Origin: Phoronis australis
Taxonomy: Eukaryota > Animalia > Phoronida
Length of the DNA stretch: 64,000 nt
NCBI GenBank assembly: GCA_002633005.1
Contig: NMRA01000056.1
Coordinates: forward strand, 9,165 to 73,164
Direction: 5' to 3'
A program made the translations under genes and the position numbers. Positions 50,410 through 64,000 of this stretch are shown here, piece after piece. A model generated the notes under the pieces. It saw only the letters and a list, made by a program, of their open reading frames with translations. It was not told the DNA's origin and ran no database searches. Each line of letters begins with the position of its first letter. Position 1 is the first letter of the stretch.

Positions 50410-52817
50410 TGACCCTTAACCGCTATTCACTCAGGGATAGTCTCCACCTTTTTTGGTCACGGATACACGATTTACTGACAAAGAACAGAGTCTGTGACCA
50501 CAGGATTGTGAAAATTCGGTAGTTTGTGTTGTTATGTCATTCATGAATTATTACACCTATCTGATGAACTTTGACCCCAGGATTACAAATATCCCATTCA
50601 ACTTCATGATCTCTTTGATTTGTGAAGATCATCAAAAGGTGGAACTCGCTGTCAGGGTCAATATCGTGCTCAACCTAGTCACAACCTTGATTTGTAAATG
50701 TTGTCAAAAGATGGCACCACCTGCAAGCCAGGTCACTTGAACTTCCAAGAGACTGCAGTCATGTCGTGTGAGATTCCAGAAGGAAAGCACGTTAATTTTG
50801 CCATATTTGTATTTCCCTGTACTTCACTGTTGATGTACTGCAGCGTACCTATCTTGTGTCCAAAGTAAAGCAGTGTAAAGTGAATACACTTCTCAAGGTA
50901 CGAAATTCCTTGTTACTTTATTACCTGGTTCAGGTCGGGCATTTCATACGAGATCAGACATGTGATTAGGAGGCACTCAAAGGCACTTTCCCTGCTGTCT
51001 TACAAGTGAAAATGTTATTCTGGCCAATCGTGTGCGACCAACATGGACAAAGATAGCCTAACCACGAACCACATTATTGGAATGTGGGCTTATTGTAAAA
51101 AGGCAGACATGTCTGATTTAGGGTCAGACAATAAGAAAGCAGCCCAGACGTCTGACGAACATTCGCACGCAAGATTTCTTCAGGAGGTGGATCAAATGTC
51201 TGATCTTTTTTTGAATGCTGCATTAGCATTGAACTGTCAGAACACAAAGGAGAAAAGAAAATTAAATTAACTTGTTCTTCATTATTCAACACAATTTTAA
51301 TCGGTAAATAATGATTACAATAGACTAGTATATAGAGAAGCGCATAAACAGTCCCGGAATTTAATTTTGCTTTAAGCTTCACAACAGTCACAATATACTC
51401 ATTTAACAAACTGACCTGTTTCATTCTCAGCTTATCATAAACACCCACTAATATTGCTTGTGATACAAGATAGTTTAACGGCCAAAAGCTCCCAAACTAT
51501 TAAGAATAACATTTGTAATATGAATAATCATCACCAACTTTGTTAGTGCACATGCATAGAGTAGATAGCAATAGAGTCATACACTTCTCTTGAATGTTGG
51601 CCGTGGTGATAAACAGTCTTTGCTAATAACCACTTCTCTTCCCTGATTGGTCAAAGCGCTCTCTGCCTTCATCATTCTTCATGACAAAAATGACAAGACT
51701 ATTCAGTGTTAAAAGAATTTTCAAAAAAATAAATTTACACTGTAACAACTGAACATGACAAAAATTTCCATACAGCCATCGGAAGACAGTTTTCTCTCAT
51801 CAAGTACAAAAATTCAAGCTTCTTCATTAAGCCCGATCAACCAGACAGCCTATCACTTATGCATTTAGCTTTGGCCAAGAGGGAGAGATTGCGTTACCAA
51901 GTCGGGCGCCGTCACTCAAATCCAGGATGTTTTCTGTGCACACATGCATTGAAAGTCATGTATCGTCCTACTTGTTATTACCAGGTCACGTGACATGACC
52001 ATGTGCGACTGTAGAGGTATCTACTCGGCACATTAAGAACATGTCAGTGATATGGCACCTTAGAAAAAAAAATGATTTACAAAATACATGATTTTCCATA
52101 AAAATACACACAGTACAAGACAAAAGTAATCAATAGGCCATGTAAAGTGCAAGACAAAAGTAATCGGACAAAATACTGTTTTCCCGCCATGATGACTATT
52201 TTTGTTATTAACAGCAAAAATGACCTGGCCACCTTTACAAACTTTAATTTCTCGGTCATTAGAGGGAAGGGTACATTGATGATAAATTCAGCTTCCGCCA
52301 AGCCATCGTGACGAGGAGGTCCAGGTTATTTTGACAGAATAGTTTTGTCGTGTACTGTAGTTCTACCCAAGAACTTTACAGTGGGTACTCCATTTCTAAG
52401 TAACAAGAACTGTCTGTAAATCATATCCCCACAATTTGCCTTAATTAGAATGCAGGGAATTCAAACGAACGGAAAGAATACCCTATTCAAAAACATTCAT
52501 TTTACAACCCATATCACACAAAACAATTATGACACTTTGAACGCCCAAGGCACTATAGCGCTGCTTAATACACAATGTACAAGCTTTTTCAAAAAATTAA
52601 ACATTTTCAAAAAATGATAGGTTAGCTGCCAAATACTAGGCTACTCATGACATTAGTTACAATCGACCCCAACTTCGTACATTATGTCAATTCAAATTTG
52701 AACATTCCTAATGCACTATCAAGTAACTCATTCTTAAGCTGCCCTATGACTTAAAGGACCGACAATATTAGGAAGCTTTAGCTGTGTGCTTGTCCTTTGT
52801 TCCCAGCACATTAACAT

Positions 52818-55800
52818 TTACTTCAATACTCGAACCGCCTCGACTCTCAAATGTTTCGCCAAATGATTCTGAAAGAACACAAAGTATAGATGATTGAGAC
52901 TTATTGCACACAAGTCATGGTATTACAGAAAACTTCACAAGAGAACATACTAGTTAATTAAATTACTCTTGGTCCATATCGATGATCTCAGCACCTCCAT
53001 TTAAAGCCTTTTCAAGCCGTTTTCAATTTATTGCACTTTTTATGAAGAAATTAGCACAAATTGCCCAGAAGTGTTATCAAAGTCATGACAAAAATCATGA
53101 AGGAGTTTACGCACAGCAAAAATGGTGTAAGAGATCTGTTGCAAAGCTGAAGATTAAAAAAAATACGAATGGGCCGACTATCACCTTGAAGTAAATAGAA
53201 ATATGAGACATGGAAGCTCAATTCAGAGTACATCAGATATGAAATGCTTTCGTCAGAAATTTTTGCTCCACAGTCACCAGTTGTAATGAGACGATACTCT
53301 AACAATAGTTACTTGATACTCAGTACTCACAAGATGAGTGATCTGGTTCGGATGATACGGTATCCCACCCAACTTGTCGCACATCTCCATGTGCATCCTC
53401 TCGGGGTCGCCAGCCACCAGGACATTACCCCCGTCCTCCACCTGTGAACGGTAAGGATTAGCTGCCATTCTGATGGAGTTGCTTACTATGACGCCAACCT
53501 CTTAACCTGATACTTCACAAACATAAATCCCAGAATCGGAACCTCTATAAAGTCACCAGAATTTCACAAAACCGGGCTTTCATGGCCACTGTGAGTTTCG
53601 AAAAAATGGTTGTTTTGCACGAATTTTTCCTATGAACTTCTTCGATGAAGTCGCACGAATCTCCCAAAATTGAATCATTGTGGAAGCGTCCCTCCCAGTG
53701 GCCAGTTCAAACAATATACTGGAGATAAATTAGGAAATACTAAAGACTTCACTCTTTATCTGGGAGAATTCTGAAAAATACTGGAAACTCGCCTACTATC
53801 TTGGAGAGTTAGCATCTTTATAATCATGCTGCTTTCTATTGCTGAGCTCGCCACCACCGAAATATATCACAATCGTAACTAAATTCATTGCTCAAATGCA
53901 AAGTGATTAGATGTGCATTGCCTGCACATGAACATTTGACAGGCTTATCACAAATCTGTCGATGCGCAGTGAATCATTCCTGGCTTGTCTCACTTAGTTA
54001 AATGTTGATGTAAAAACTAGGTCAATCTTAAAAAATTCCTATATCTGAAAAAAAATTTGTTGAGCAGTTTAGTTATTTGTGTTCGTTCACAATAGTAACT
54101 TATTTTGATAACTAGATGCACTAAGTACTTGAGTCATCCAGCGCTGACAGTGGAATACTAAAATAATAAAAACTTTACACCAGACTTAGTCAATTTGACT
54201 GACAATGCAGGACTGGGTTACATGTAATGGTAATGCCAAGTATTATTTATATTTAGTCCGATAACCAACCTGCCATCAGTCAAACTTAGGAAGCTACCAA
54301 TTACATTTACTTCCACCAGGTGTCACTGACAACCCAGTCACCAGTCAGTGATACTTACATGAGGCAGGCCCCTGGCTGTGTTCATAAAGGTCTGCAGGCG
54401 TTCGCTAAAGCCTGGCGCGAAACCGGTGGGGTTGATGGCCATGAAACACTGACCCTGGGAAAAAATGTGTTAAAGTTCAGTCAGCAACTCTCTCACCCAC
54501 TGATCCAATATCTCATTTTCAAATGGAAAGTTTGCATTACAAATGCAGATACAGTAAAATTTCATGTTAGAATATAAACAAACCAAATATATCCAATTTC
54601 ATTATTCTAAAATTATTATGCTTTATCGTTGTATTACACTGTATCTAATGTTATACTATATTTTGAATACTAAAATCTGCCTTTCCAGCATAAAATCAGA
54701 GTTCCAAATTAAGCATAGACTCTAAATTCTCATTGGTTCGCAAAATAATAAAAACGTAATAGCAGTGGGCAGGCCGCGCATGTGGGTCCATTGCACTGAT
54801 CACTTGGAACCATTTTTTGTGCTTTATTAATAAATTCATAGAACCGAGCTGAGGAGCTAGAAACCTGACTCAAGGGTTTAGCAGTGTGGCCCAGTGGAAT
54901 TGGAACCCATGACCTAAGCACAGAAAGCGGGAACCAATCACAACAGTTCCCACTGCCTCCGCATTGGTTCGCAAACTCGACATCAACATTTGGAGTGTAT
55001 TTTTCTCCATTCAAAAAATCAACGTCAAGAAATCTAGTAGAGATTTGTAAAACCAGAAACCGGGTTGTATGTGTGTCTTTTTCTTCTTTGAAGACAGTAG
55101 GTGACATTGGCTGATCAAAATACGCAACTAATGTTTCACCAAATGTGTTAAATCCAACAGCCTCACGATCAACTTGAGTCAAGATACTGTTTTTTTCTTA
55201 GTCTATGACAGCCACATTGACGACAACCTATATTAACAGTGTATTTACTACTAAATACAATTTTCTGTGTGGTCGAAGGCAGAACAGTTACATGACTGCA
55301 GTTTCAAAGTTCGTTTTCCCAGTTTTCATGCACACCAACACTCTCCACCAACACACAGAAACAATTTTGTTTGATCATAATTAAACACAAGATTTATTGA
55401 TTTTTTATATGAACTCATATCATGGAAGGTTTATCATCAATCATGATTAAACTCCCGATTTATCACAGACTGAACAATAGTAAACGATCAAAAGAGGTTC
55501 TCCAAGAATGACGCCATGAATGATGGTCAGACTAACAATCAGTTATGATAAACCTGATACAACTTCATATCACCCAAAATGAATCCAACTTTGGGATATT
55601 TTTAGAAACCACCACCAATGAACAAACATGATTAGAGTGACTGAAAACATAGAAAGTATTACAGTAAAATCTCACCAATTTTGGACAAAAGTAATTGCCA
55701 ATATTGGTCTTTTTCATTTTTCAAACAATTCTAAAATTGTTTGGAATGTCCACAATTTCTCAAAAACATTGTCATAAGGTAGGTATGCCAACAGACCTTT

Positions 55801-58800
55801 ACAATGGTATAGCATTTATTTGGTACTACTGAATATCTTTTATTAAAAATGAGAAAATAAAATTTCACTAGTCGGCCATATTGTGTCCTAAATTGGTGAG
55901 ATTTTACCGTACACGGCCTACTCTATCTCCTCTCTACCCAACATCACATCTAACAGTGAACGTCTCTTCATGTTGTCCAATCAACAGGCTCAAAAATCCC
56001 TGTCATAAGATGACATGTTATAATGGCCAAAACAAAGTAGCCCAATACACACACCCAGTTTTGGCAAAACACAGTCTGTGAATGGACTGCTCTTGGTTTA
56101 CCAGCCTATTCATCACACCCAATCACCTAAAAACACTGAGGTTCAGCACTGTTTTAAATGGCGTAATCTTGTGTCCAATAACCAATTGAAACTGCGCATT
56201 TACCAGATTGGCAGGTCTATCCGTATCTTTCCACTTGCGAATATGAGGTCCGTAGGAAGAATCTCCGAGAATGCCGCACAATATCTCCACCATCATCGTC
56301 AGCCCATAGCCTTTGTAGCCAGCTACATGGTAATGGGATTTAAGCATATTACAAATCTAGTTTATTACAACGAAGACTTCACACCAATCTTATAAGGATT
56401 TTACCAGTGTTACGCTCAAAAAACGCATTTTTGGAATTACAATGATAGGATGGGATAGAGTTCTTGAAGTCAGTAGCAATGGTCAGAGCTACAAATTGTC
56501 AGTACTCGCTGTTGTCTGTCAAACATTTCTTGAAGTAAACGCCTATGATTTACTTCAATAAACACTTCAAATGCTCTCCTTTAACGAGTGGGACTTGACC
56601 CCCCTCCCCCTATCAGTGGATTTAATTCTGCAGTAAGGCTGATACCAGAAAATCACTTTTCTTACCTAGTATTTAAATGTCTTTTTAAGAAGGTAATCGT
56701 TGCAATTTCAAATCTGCCCATGATTTTTTGCACAACATGCAGTATTTTTGACAGAGAACTAATTGCAAGTTGTTGCTCCAGAGTTTTATTATTTTCTATC
56801 TCCAATTCATCGACAGTATCAACATACAACACAGCACCCACCTGTGTCCTCAGTTCCACCTAGAGGCATCAGTCCGCCCCCTTTCAACACCTCCTCCGGA
56901 TCAGTTGTACTCTACAAACATGACTTATTCACCTTACAACAAACAACTAGAGAAACCTCCAAAAATTCAATAATGGAATTCTTCACTATACGATGCTTCA
57001 ATCTCAATGCTTTGTAGGGACACACACAAACACAACATTTTACAAGCCAATTCTTCGAAATCCCCTTTAGGGGAAAAACAGAATCCACAACAATTTCTGT
57101 ACGCTCACCAAACAGATACTTTTTATGTCGGAGCTGAGTGGATTTTGACCTGGAAGAGGAAATGGAACCCTTCGTCAATGTCAACAATCTACAGAAGCAT
57201 TTCCATACCCAGTGGGAGGGCACCACTTGATAAATTGCCATTTGGTTCTGTATACTAAAACGCGAGCCAAGTTGACCTGATAAATTATCATGAATGTTGA
57301 TCTAAAAGTGGTTGGCATAACAGCTGTTTAGACATGCAATACCCTTGTCTACCTGAACACCTTAAACGTAAACATTGTCTTGATGCCAATGCATTTTCTT
57401 AGACACAGTATGTTGATTTTATATGCTTACTCCTGAGATTTTTAAAACTTGTCTAGTATCAAATCCTTGTGCATACAAGATGAGTTTTGATTGGATGTTA
57501 ACAACACCACAACAGTTCATGGCCAAAAATGGCAAATTCCAAGCCATTTCTTTATCAATTTGTGGCCATAATCGTAAAATTTGATGGATCTCATTGTAAA
57601 TTTTCAGTCATTAAAAACTAAAATTATTACAATTATCAATTATGATAATGACTGAATTTCATTCAAAACCTCTTGTGTGAAAGAAGTAGCATTCCGTAAA
57701 TTCCGTAAGTTTTCCATTATCATGAAAAATCAGAGCGCCTCTAAAGATGGGTCTACTAGACTGCAAAGCAGACCAAACACTGTATTTTTACCTGTCCATC
57801 CTTGTTGACACCCCATCCTACAGGCATTGGTGTTGCTTTCCTGTCACACATTTCAACCTGCAACAGGACACACTAAAACAGCAACTGAAAACCTTGGGAA
57901 AAAGAGGGTGGAGAAACGATCCAGTGACATGGAACACAAATATTCTGGCTAACCATCCACGAGTAGCACTGGGTGCCGGCACAGTGCCTGTAGTGTTTAT
58001 GGATTTACTGACACGGCCTGCATCTCATTAGTACTACAACCCCAGGATTTGACCTCTGTTTCTAACTTTTACAGAGTCTGGCCAATGCGTATAAATTCCG
58101 TGTTCATCCACCAAACTTTGTTCAATACTTTTAAATAGTTCCCAAGCTTTCGTTTCACAAATTAACAACTGGGCTTCATGAGAGACTACTGATATCACTA
58201 GTTGAGCTTCCCGGTTAAAGGGGCACTTCACCACTGTTAAGCTGCCAATGTTAAATTTTTAACCGAAGTCCCACACTAAATGGGACACATAAAAACAAAC
58301 TATCACACTCGTGAGCTGTCAATTTTTATGCAGACCAAAAGTAACCTTTTTGGCTATAGAATGCTGGAACGCGGTTTGAGCGAACTGGCAGAAATTGCAC
58401 CCCAATGTTGATTTTTACCACAGAAATAGATCTCATTAACGGCAATGTACTTTAGGGAAAGGGTACTTACTACCTTAACAAGAGGAAATATTGTTAAACA
58501 CACCTTGCCAACTGATGCAGTAGTTGTAGCCATATCCAAGACAAAGTTGTCTCCATTCACACCAGGGGCAGCCAAGCACAGTGGGTTGGTACCGACAAAC
58601 ACCTGTGACAAAAATGAAGAAATCAACATTAAATTTTGGCAAATGTTAAGATTTAGAAGGAAAACTGCAAAACAGACTGGTGGCTTAAGGTTATGCAGGA
58701 CCTTAGAAAAATGTCTAAATTTGGCAAACTTTTGAACATCATGTATCTCAGAGATTAACTGCCGTGATTGGATTCGTCTGAAAGCTTCCGATACTATGCT

Positions 58801-61800
58801 TCATGCCTTGTTTTCCATAACACTGTTTTTAAAATGTTCCACTTTTGCCAGAGGATTATAAAAATAGAAGAATTTTGATGTTTTCATCAAAAAAGATCTC
58901 AAGTCGCATAAAACGAAAACGGAACAATATTTTACAAAGCTGAAACAGCATTTTTAAGGTATCATCTTGAACATTCATATTACTTGAAATTTGGGGTGAT
59001 ACCATTGTTTTGCTACCAATTTATCTTTTTTGCTAAATTTTACTCGAAAGACATAATAGCGAGACTCAGTTGAAAGCAGACAGGAAAAAGTCGACAATCA
59101 AATTCTACAGGTTTCTTTCATAAAATCACATATTCTTACTGAGTTGAAATCTACAGATTTGTAGATCGATATGTCAATAAGGTCTTACATAACCTTAAGG
59201 CAAAAGGTAACGCTGAATGAAATCAAACCAGGAAAATTATTTTGTTTATCAACCTAGTTGTACTATCACACACACAACTTTGGCTAATAGTAAGTGAATA
59301 TTGCTGAAGATCTGGTCTTCAGTTGTGCTTTGTCAAATTTACACAAGTCTCCACAGTAACAAAAAGACAACATGACAGTACAGATGAATTAACGCATACC
59401 TGTTTACTTCTTGTAGGTACACTAAGCGGTGATGTGTTTGTAAATGACAGACCCTGAAAAGACAATAATTATACTACAGGCGTTTCATTCATATGATGTT
59501 CTAATAAAGCGTGAAGCTGTATTTTTTCTAAATATTAAGGTAATTCTTCAACTATTCCATAAAAAATATGTACCAAAATTCCCAGTGTTCAATATGCTAA
59601 AACCCAAATAATTGCCCATAAATAATAAAAAATTACAAAGACAGTTTTGTTTTAAGACAGTAGTGCAGTACGTACGAGTAATTGGTAATAAATATTCTAA
59701 CATTTTTGTGGAGAAATTTCATAAAAAAAATTCCTTAGTCTCTGCAATTTTCTGTTCTAAACAGGTGAAGAATTGCTAAGTATGTAGACATCAGGTGAAG
59801 TTGCGTGCATGTATTTGATGTGTTGTTTCTGTCACGGAATATTAATAGCACATATAGCGTGTTGAGTTGAAGGTTCAATCAAAATTCTTCACCTTACACC
59901 AAACTGTACAAAACAAGCATGCATTTCAGTTTAAAATGTATCTGCCGTCTGACAGAAAATTAACTTTATTTGTTATTGAACAGTTACCATAAAGCTTCTA
60001 ATAGAAGCCCAGGCATTCACCAGTTTCAGACATGATCCACACTTGACCTCTATTAGAGACCCAGCACTGACAAACAGAAAAAACAAATTTGCCAAATGTC
60101 TGCTATATGGTTGCTACACAGCACCCAAACAAAATGGCAGAAAAGGCCGATGTTGGAATCCCAGCTTCTATTGGAATCTGGCATTTATCAAGTTCAGCCC
60201 AACTGACGTTTGTCTTGATCATTTTCGACACAAAACTCGTGCTTATAAACATTTGGCAATTTTGTTTCTCACTAATTTGACCAAGCGATCACAGAGACAA
60301 CGAATTAGCGTGCAGGTTCCACACTAAATCAAAAATTATTTTTTGACAGAACGCTGGAGGATAGCAGCTTTAAAAGGATACTAAACCCAGTTTTGGCATA
60401 TTAAAAGATACTAAAAACAACATTCCCATCCATTTCTCTGAAACCTTCGACAACCCTCAAAAGTTCAGAGTAAAATTTGAAAACTTCTTTCAAAGTGCGC
60501 TAAATGGACAAATGTAACCTACGTTTTTGGTGAACTACACGGCAACTGTGGTAAAAGACCACCCACCAAGGACCATATCCAATCTGTGACATATGGAGCA
60601 TGAGGTTTTAATTGATTCCTGCATTCAACATGAACAGTTGACACCAATGACGCATTAGCTGGTGACAGAACAAGGATTGGTTGAAATCATCATAACAGGG
60701 TTTAGTATCCTTTTAAGTGAGGTGTGGCAGTGACCTTGACCTATGATGTTATCAGCCACTCCAAGAGATTCTTACCAGTAGTCCATATTGCAGAGCTTGC
60801 AAACTGTAATGACCAGCAATGCCATAGTGATTAGAGCGACGTGCGACCACCATGCCAATACCAGCATCAATTGCTTTGTCAATGGCAATTTGCATACACA
60901 TGTTACCAACAACGGGGCCCAGCAGGTTGTGGCCATCGACAAAAGCCGTGGCAACGGTCTCGTTGATGACAGCAGGCTCGCCTGATCCAGAACACACCCC
61001 ACTCTCGATATCATGAACGTACATGTCTGCAACAAATCAGCACTTGCTGAGAATTAAATGAATTTGACAATTGCATTAAATGATTGGAACGACCAATGGA
61101 TACTGTACTACATGGACTGTGGTCAGGTGTCAGTGTGTTAATACTGAGTACTGTTGAATACTTATAGCATCAAAAGTCCAGTGAATAAAAACATTCATTT
61201 TAAAGCACAGAGAGTTAGAACTTCAAGCCATTCCATGTCTGTTGTAGACAAGAAACACAGGCTTGCCTATCAACCAACCCAAGTAAGCAGGTGTACAACA
61301 GTAATGCCCACATGAACAGAAACAAAGCAAGACTCCACTCCCTAGTTTCCATTGGGGAATGGAGGAATGTAGTCAGTGTTGACGTTAGACAGGGCTCGCT
61401 CCTATTTTAATATTGTGCACGCCAGGAGCACGCGCAGTGTACAAATAACCAGTTGCCCATTTTGTGCAACTGAACGAAAGACTGTTTGAAAAAAAGTTTG
61501 ATTACGGGAGTATTTCTTCGAGTTGGAAGGATTAAAAACATCAATGGCCTCCTAAGGTGTCCCTCTGTGTGCAATATGTACTTATAGCATCGTGACTATG
61601 ATGCCTGTTTTGATCAGTGTTAGGCATAATTCGCTGAAAAGCTTCCGGCATATGAAGCAAATTTCACACATCCCGGGTAGTTCTGCTCATCACCTTGTCA
61701 TGAAACTAATATCAACATATAGAGCTAACGACTGGCCGGGGTGCATGCAAATCTGTGAGTTAACAGACATTCACCTTACCTATTGCAGCCATTTAAGTGA

Positions 61801-62755
61801 AAAACAATCTAATAAATGTCATTTTCTTTCATAATTCTCCACCTTTTGTCACAAAGAAAAGTCTGTCGTCCCTTTGAAAACAGTACGCTCGTGTCACGCG
61901 TCATTTCCTAATTTTTTTGCGACATCTCTCAAAAGATGAAGGTGCCCCTCTATGCGCAAAAGGAATTTATAGCAATGTGACTTTGATGCTTTAATCATAG
62001 TGAGGCATAATTCACTGAAAAGCTTCTGGGTGTATGTAGCTCCTATAGGAGCATCAATGTCCCTGGACTCCCTCCAGGGGCCAGTTGAGACTGTGGCACT
62101 GTCTGTGTTGACACCAGTGAAATGACACAACATGTCACGTGGTTTACCAGCATCCTCTGCACCCGGCCGTCAACAGGAGACGACATATTCTTGTTCAGCA
62201 TCCTGTTTGGTTGATAGGTGCACCTGATTTTCCCTGGACCTTAACTACAACAGCCTCAATGGTAGACGCAACACATGTAAGTTCAGGTTTTCCTGGATAA
62301 AATCCAAGAAGTAATCAGGTGATAACAATTTCTGCACAAAACTCGAAAGGCATGTACATAATACTCCTGCAAACATGTAAAGAGGAGCATTGCCAACACT
62401 GTACACGATGTATTAATCCTCTGCATTACCTCATTAACAAAATAACGCACCTATTTAAAAAAAAAAAACAAAATAAAAATGTCCTCATTAACAGATTACG
62501 GTTCGTTGACCTACCGAGCCTGTTTACACCATGGCTGAAATGACCCCTGTAATCAGCAGCAATCAAGGTGTCAGCCAAAGTTTCAGCATGTTCTATCTTA
62601 ATGTCGGTACTTAACATGCAGCGAATTGTGAATTCTCTGATATCCTCTCTTTTCACGACAATGCCTTCGCTGCTTGTCGAGTACAACTTGGAAAATTGAG
62701 CAAAGTGTCGAAGTTGGCATCGCAGCTTCGACACTTGTTTTGCTACACCGGCCAT
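52818..62755 (-). CDS. Ldh_2 family (type 2 malate/L-lactate dehydrogenase-like, YjmC/AllD-like) NAD(P)-dependent oxidoreductase, ~385 aa
   Basis: Exons 62755-62515, 61026-60776, 59453-59400, 58602-58504, 57857-57792, 56911-56842, 56322-56204, 54454-54359, 53441-53331 and 52868-52818, all GT-AG with consistent phases. Motifs: [63 protein letters not shown]. Confidence 0.93.
54790..54960 (-). mobile_element. tRNA-derived SINE, copy 2
   Basis: Shares AACCGAGCTGA.GAGCTAG..ACCTGACTCAAGGGT.TAGCAGTGT...GAACCCA.GACCT...AGAAAGCGG...CACTGCCTCC with 47690-47828. Confidence 0.65.
58689..59194. mobile_element. Kolobok-like TTAA element, copy 4
   Basis: TTAA|GGTTATGCAGGACCTTA ... TAAGGTCTTACATAACC|TTAA. 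The interior is inverted relative to copy 1. Confidence 0.75.
60374..60712. mobile_element. Second TTAA-flanked MITE family (Kolobok-like)
   Basis: Perfect 15 bp TIR AAGGATACTAAACCC / GGGTTTAGTATCCTT with TTAA on both sides. Confidence 0.8.
61430..62105. mobile_element. Two partial right-arm copies of the 16853-17472 MITE family
   Basis: 61480-61660 and 61940-62105 both align to 17230-17470 (AAAAAGTTTGATTACG.GAGTATTT, GAGGCATAATTC.C.GAAAAGCTTC, GGGGCCAGTT.GAGAC). Confidence 0.65.
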
Positions 62756-62766
62756 TTTAGAACTGT

Positions 62767-62781
62767 CAGCGCCATCTGGTG
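62767..62781 (-). promoter_or_regulatory. CTCF-like motif just upstream of the Ldh_2 start codon
   Basis: The reverse strand reads CACCAGATGGCGCTG, close to the CTCF core consensus. Motif match only. Confidence 0.35.
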
Positions 62782-64000
62782 CAAGGTCACACTTTAGGTG
62801 CCCAGTGAACTTGAAGTCCGTGCCCTCAGTGTGGCCCGCGGTTGGGAAACCTTAGGAGGGGGGGAGGGGAGTGAAAAAAAATGAAAAATTGACTGACCCT
62901 GAACAGAACCCGGCACTAGTCACTAAGTTGTCTCATCAGTCTGTCGGCCAATCGGGCCCTTATTAATTGACGCCGAGTGAAATATAGGTACACATTCTAT
63001 CGGAATGGGTATAGATGGAGCTCTTTTTTGTCCAAGACGGTTGAGTGCCGCACGCGTGTTTGTACCCGGATGACTGGGGCCTCATTCTGCAGCATCTGAT
63101 GGCAGCCTTCTTGGGGCGCAAGATTGTTTGTGAAAAATTCTGCCCTCTCCGTCGGGAGTCGCCGCGGCTTTTTGCCGGAGGATGCGTAGTCTACCAAGAA
63201 TTTTGGGTCGCCCCGGCCCCCGTCCGTTGCCGAGAATAGCTGTTACTGGCCCCCAGTAGCACTCAGACTCAGTGAACAGCTTCGGCATGCGGCCTGCCGT
63301 GTGCCAGTGGCGACGGGACGGACCTAGGATATAAGGGCCGGAGGGCAACATTTAGTGTCCCGGGCAGCCACGCATAGATGCGCGCACCCAGCCTAAAATG
63401 TAGGGGGGCTCGAATTACTGAGAATGTGAAGGAGATTCGCTAAAAAACAAACGAAGAACTACGAAAAAAAAAACGGAACACGGTTGCGCCGGCGGGGTGG
63501 CCCTCACATGCACACGCACGCGCAAACTGAGATTGCACACATCATTAAATCTTGTTTTAGCCACACAGTCATTACTGGGGTTACTTAAGAGAATAAGCTC
63601 AATGTTTCCTCACGCTCTTACTGCTTTATTTATTTTTTGCAGCCAGAGCCAATTCATGGGGGAGGGGGCTCCACGCCGATCCATGTCGCCTTGGAGTGCA
63701 GTAAAAAAGTCAAATGACTACAAATCTTACGGGCTCTACGGTGCCAGTGTCGGAAAGTAAAGAATGTCCACCGTTGTAAAACGGCTGACTGAATAGAGTA
63801 TCCAGGTAATTCACTGAATGACGAGCTCGTATGCTAGCATTCAAATACCGTCATGGAGTATGTTGTACAGGGGGGACATTGTCAATTACCACACAAGGTT
63901 GACCAAAATGGGTACGTAAACTATTAAAACAAGAGGCGTGCCCGCATGAAACGAGGGCTTATGCCTTGCACTGAAAAAATCCACACAACTTTGTCTTCGT

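Noticed and set aside
16638-62755. MRI1, the GNATs, the transporter and the Ldh_2 enzyme as a metabolic gene cluster
   Set aside because: No shared pathway is established, orientations are mixed and CLP1 intervenes. It would need conserved synteny and co-expression, which cannot be seen here.

Overview
AT-rich, intron-rich animal genomic DNA. It is probably from an invertebrate, but the taxon cannot be fixed from the sequence. Most entries in the ORF track are spurious or single exons. Spliced by hand, the window holds: (1) a minus-strand array of 3-exon GNAT/YitH-like acetyltransferase genes, two intact plus one apparent copy joined across an assembly 'n' that is probably an uncollapsed haplotype; (2) a decayed Academ-like DNA transposon ending 81 bp upstream of (3) MRI1 (+, 5 exons); (4) an SLC35E1-like transporter (-, 6 exons) head-to-head with (5) CLP1 (+, 12 exons), only 117 bp between their start codons; and (6) an Ldh_2/YjmC-family oxidoreductase (-, 10 exons). 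The most notable signals are a U12-type AT-AC intron in CLP1 and a ~600 bp non-coding LTR element in CLP1 intron 1. That element has tRNA-like LTRs, a tRNA-Ser primer-binding site and a polypurine tract, and is flanked by a perfect 15 bp inverted repeat. Many MITEs, a mini-Helitron, tRNA-SINEs and simple repeats are also present. All coordinates were read by eye; repeat ends may be off by a few bases.
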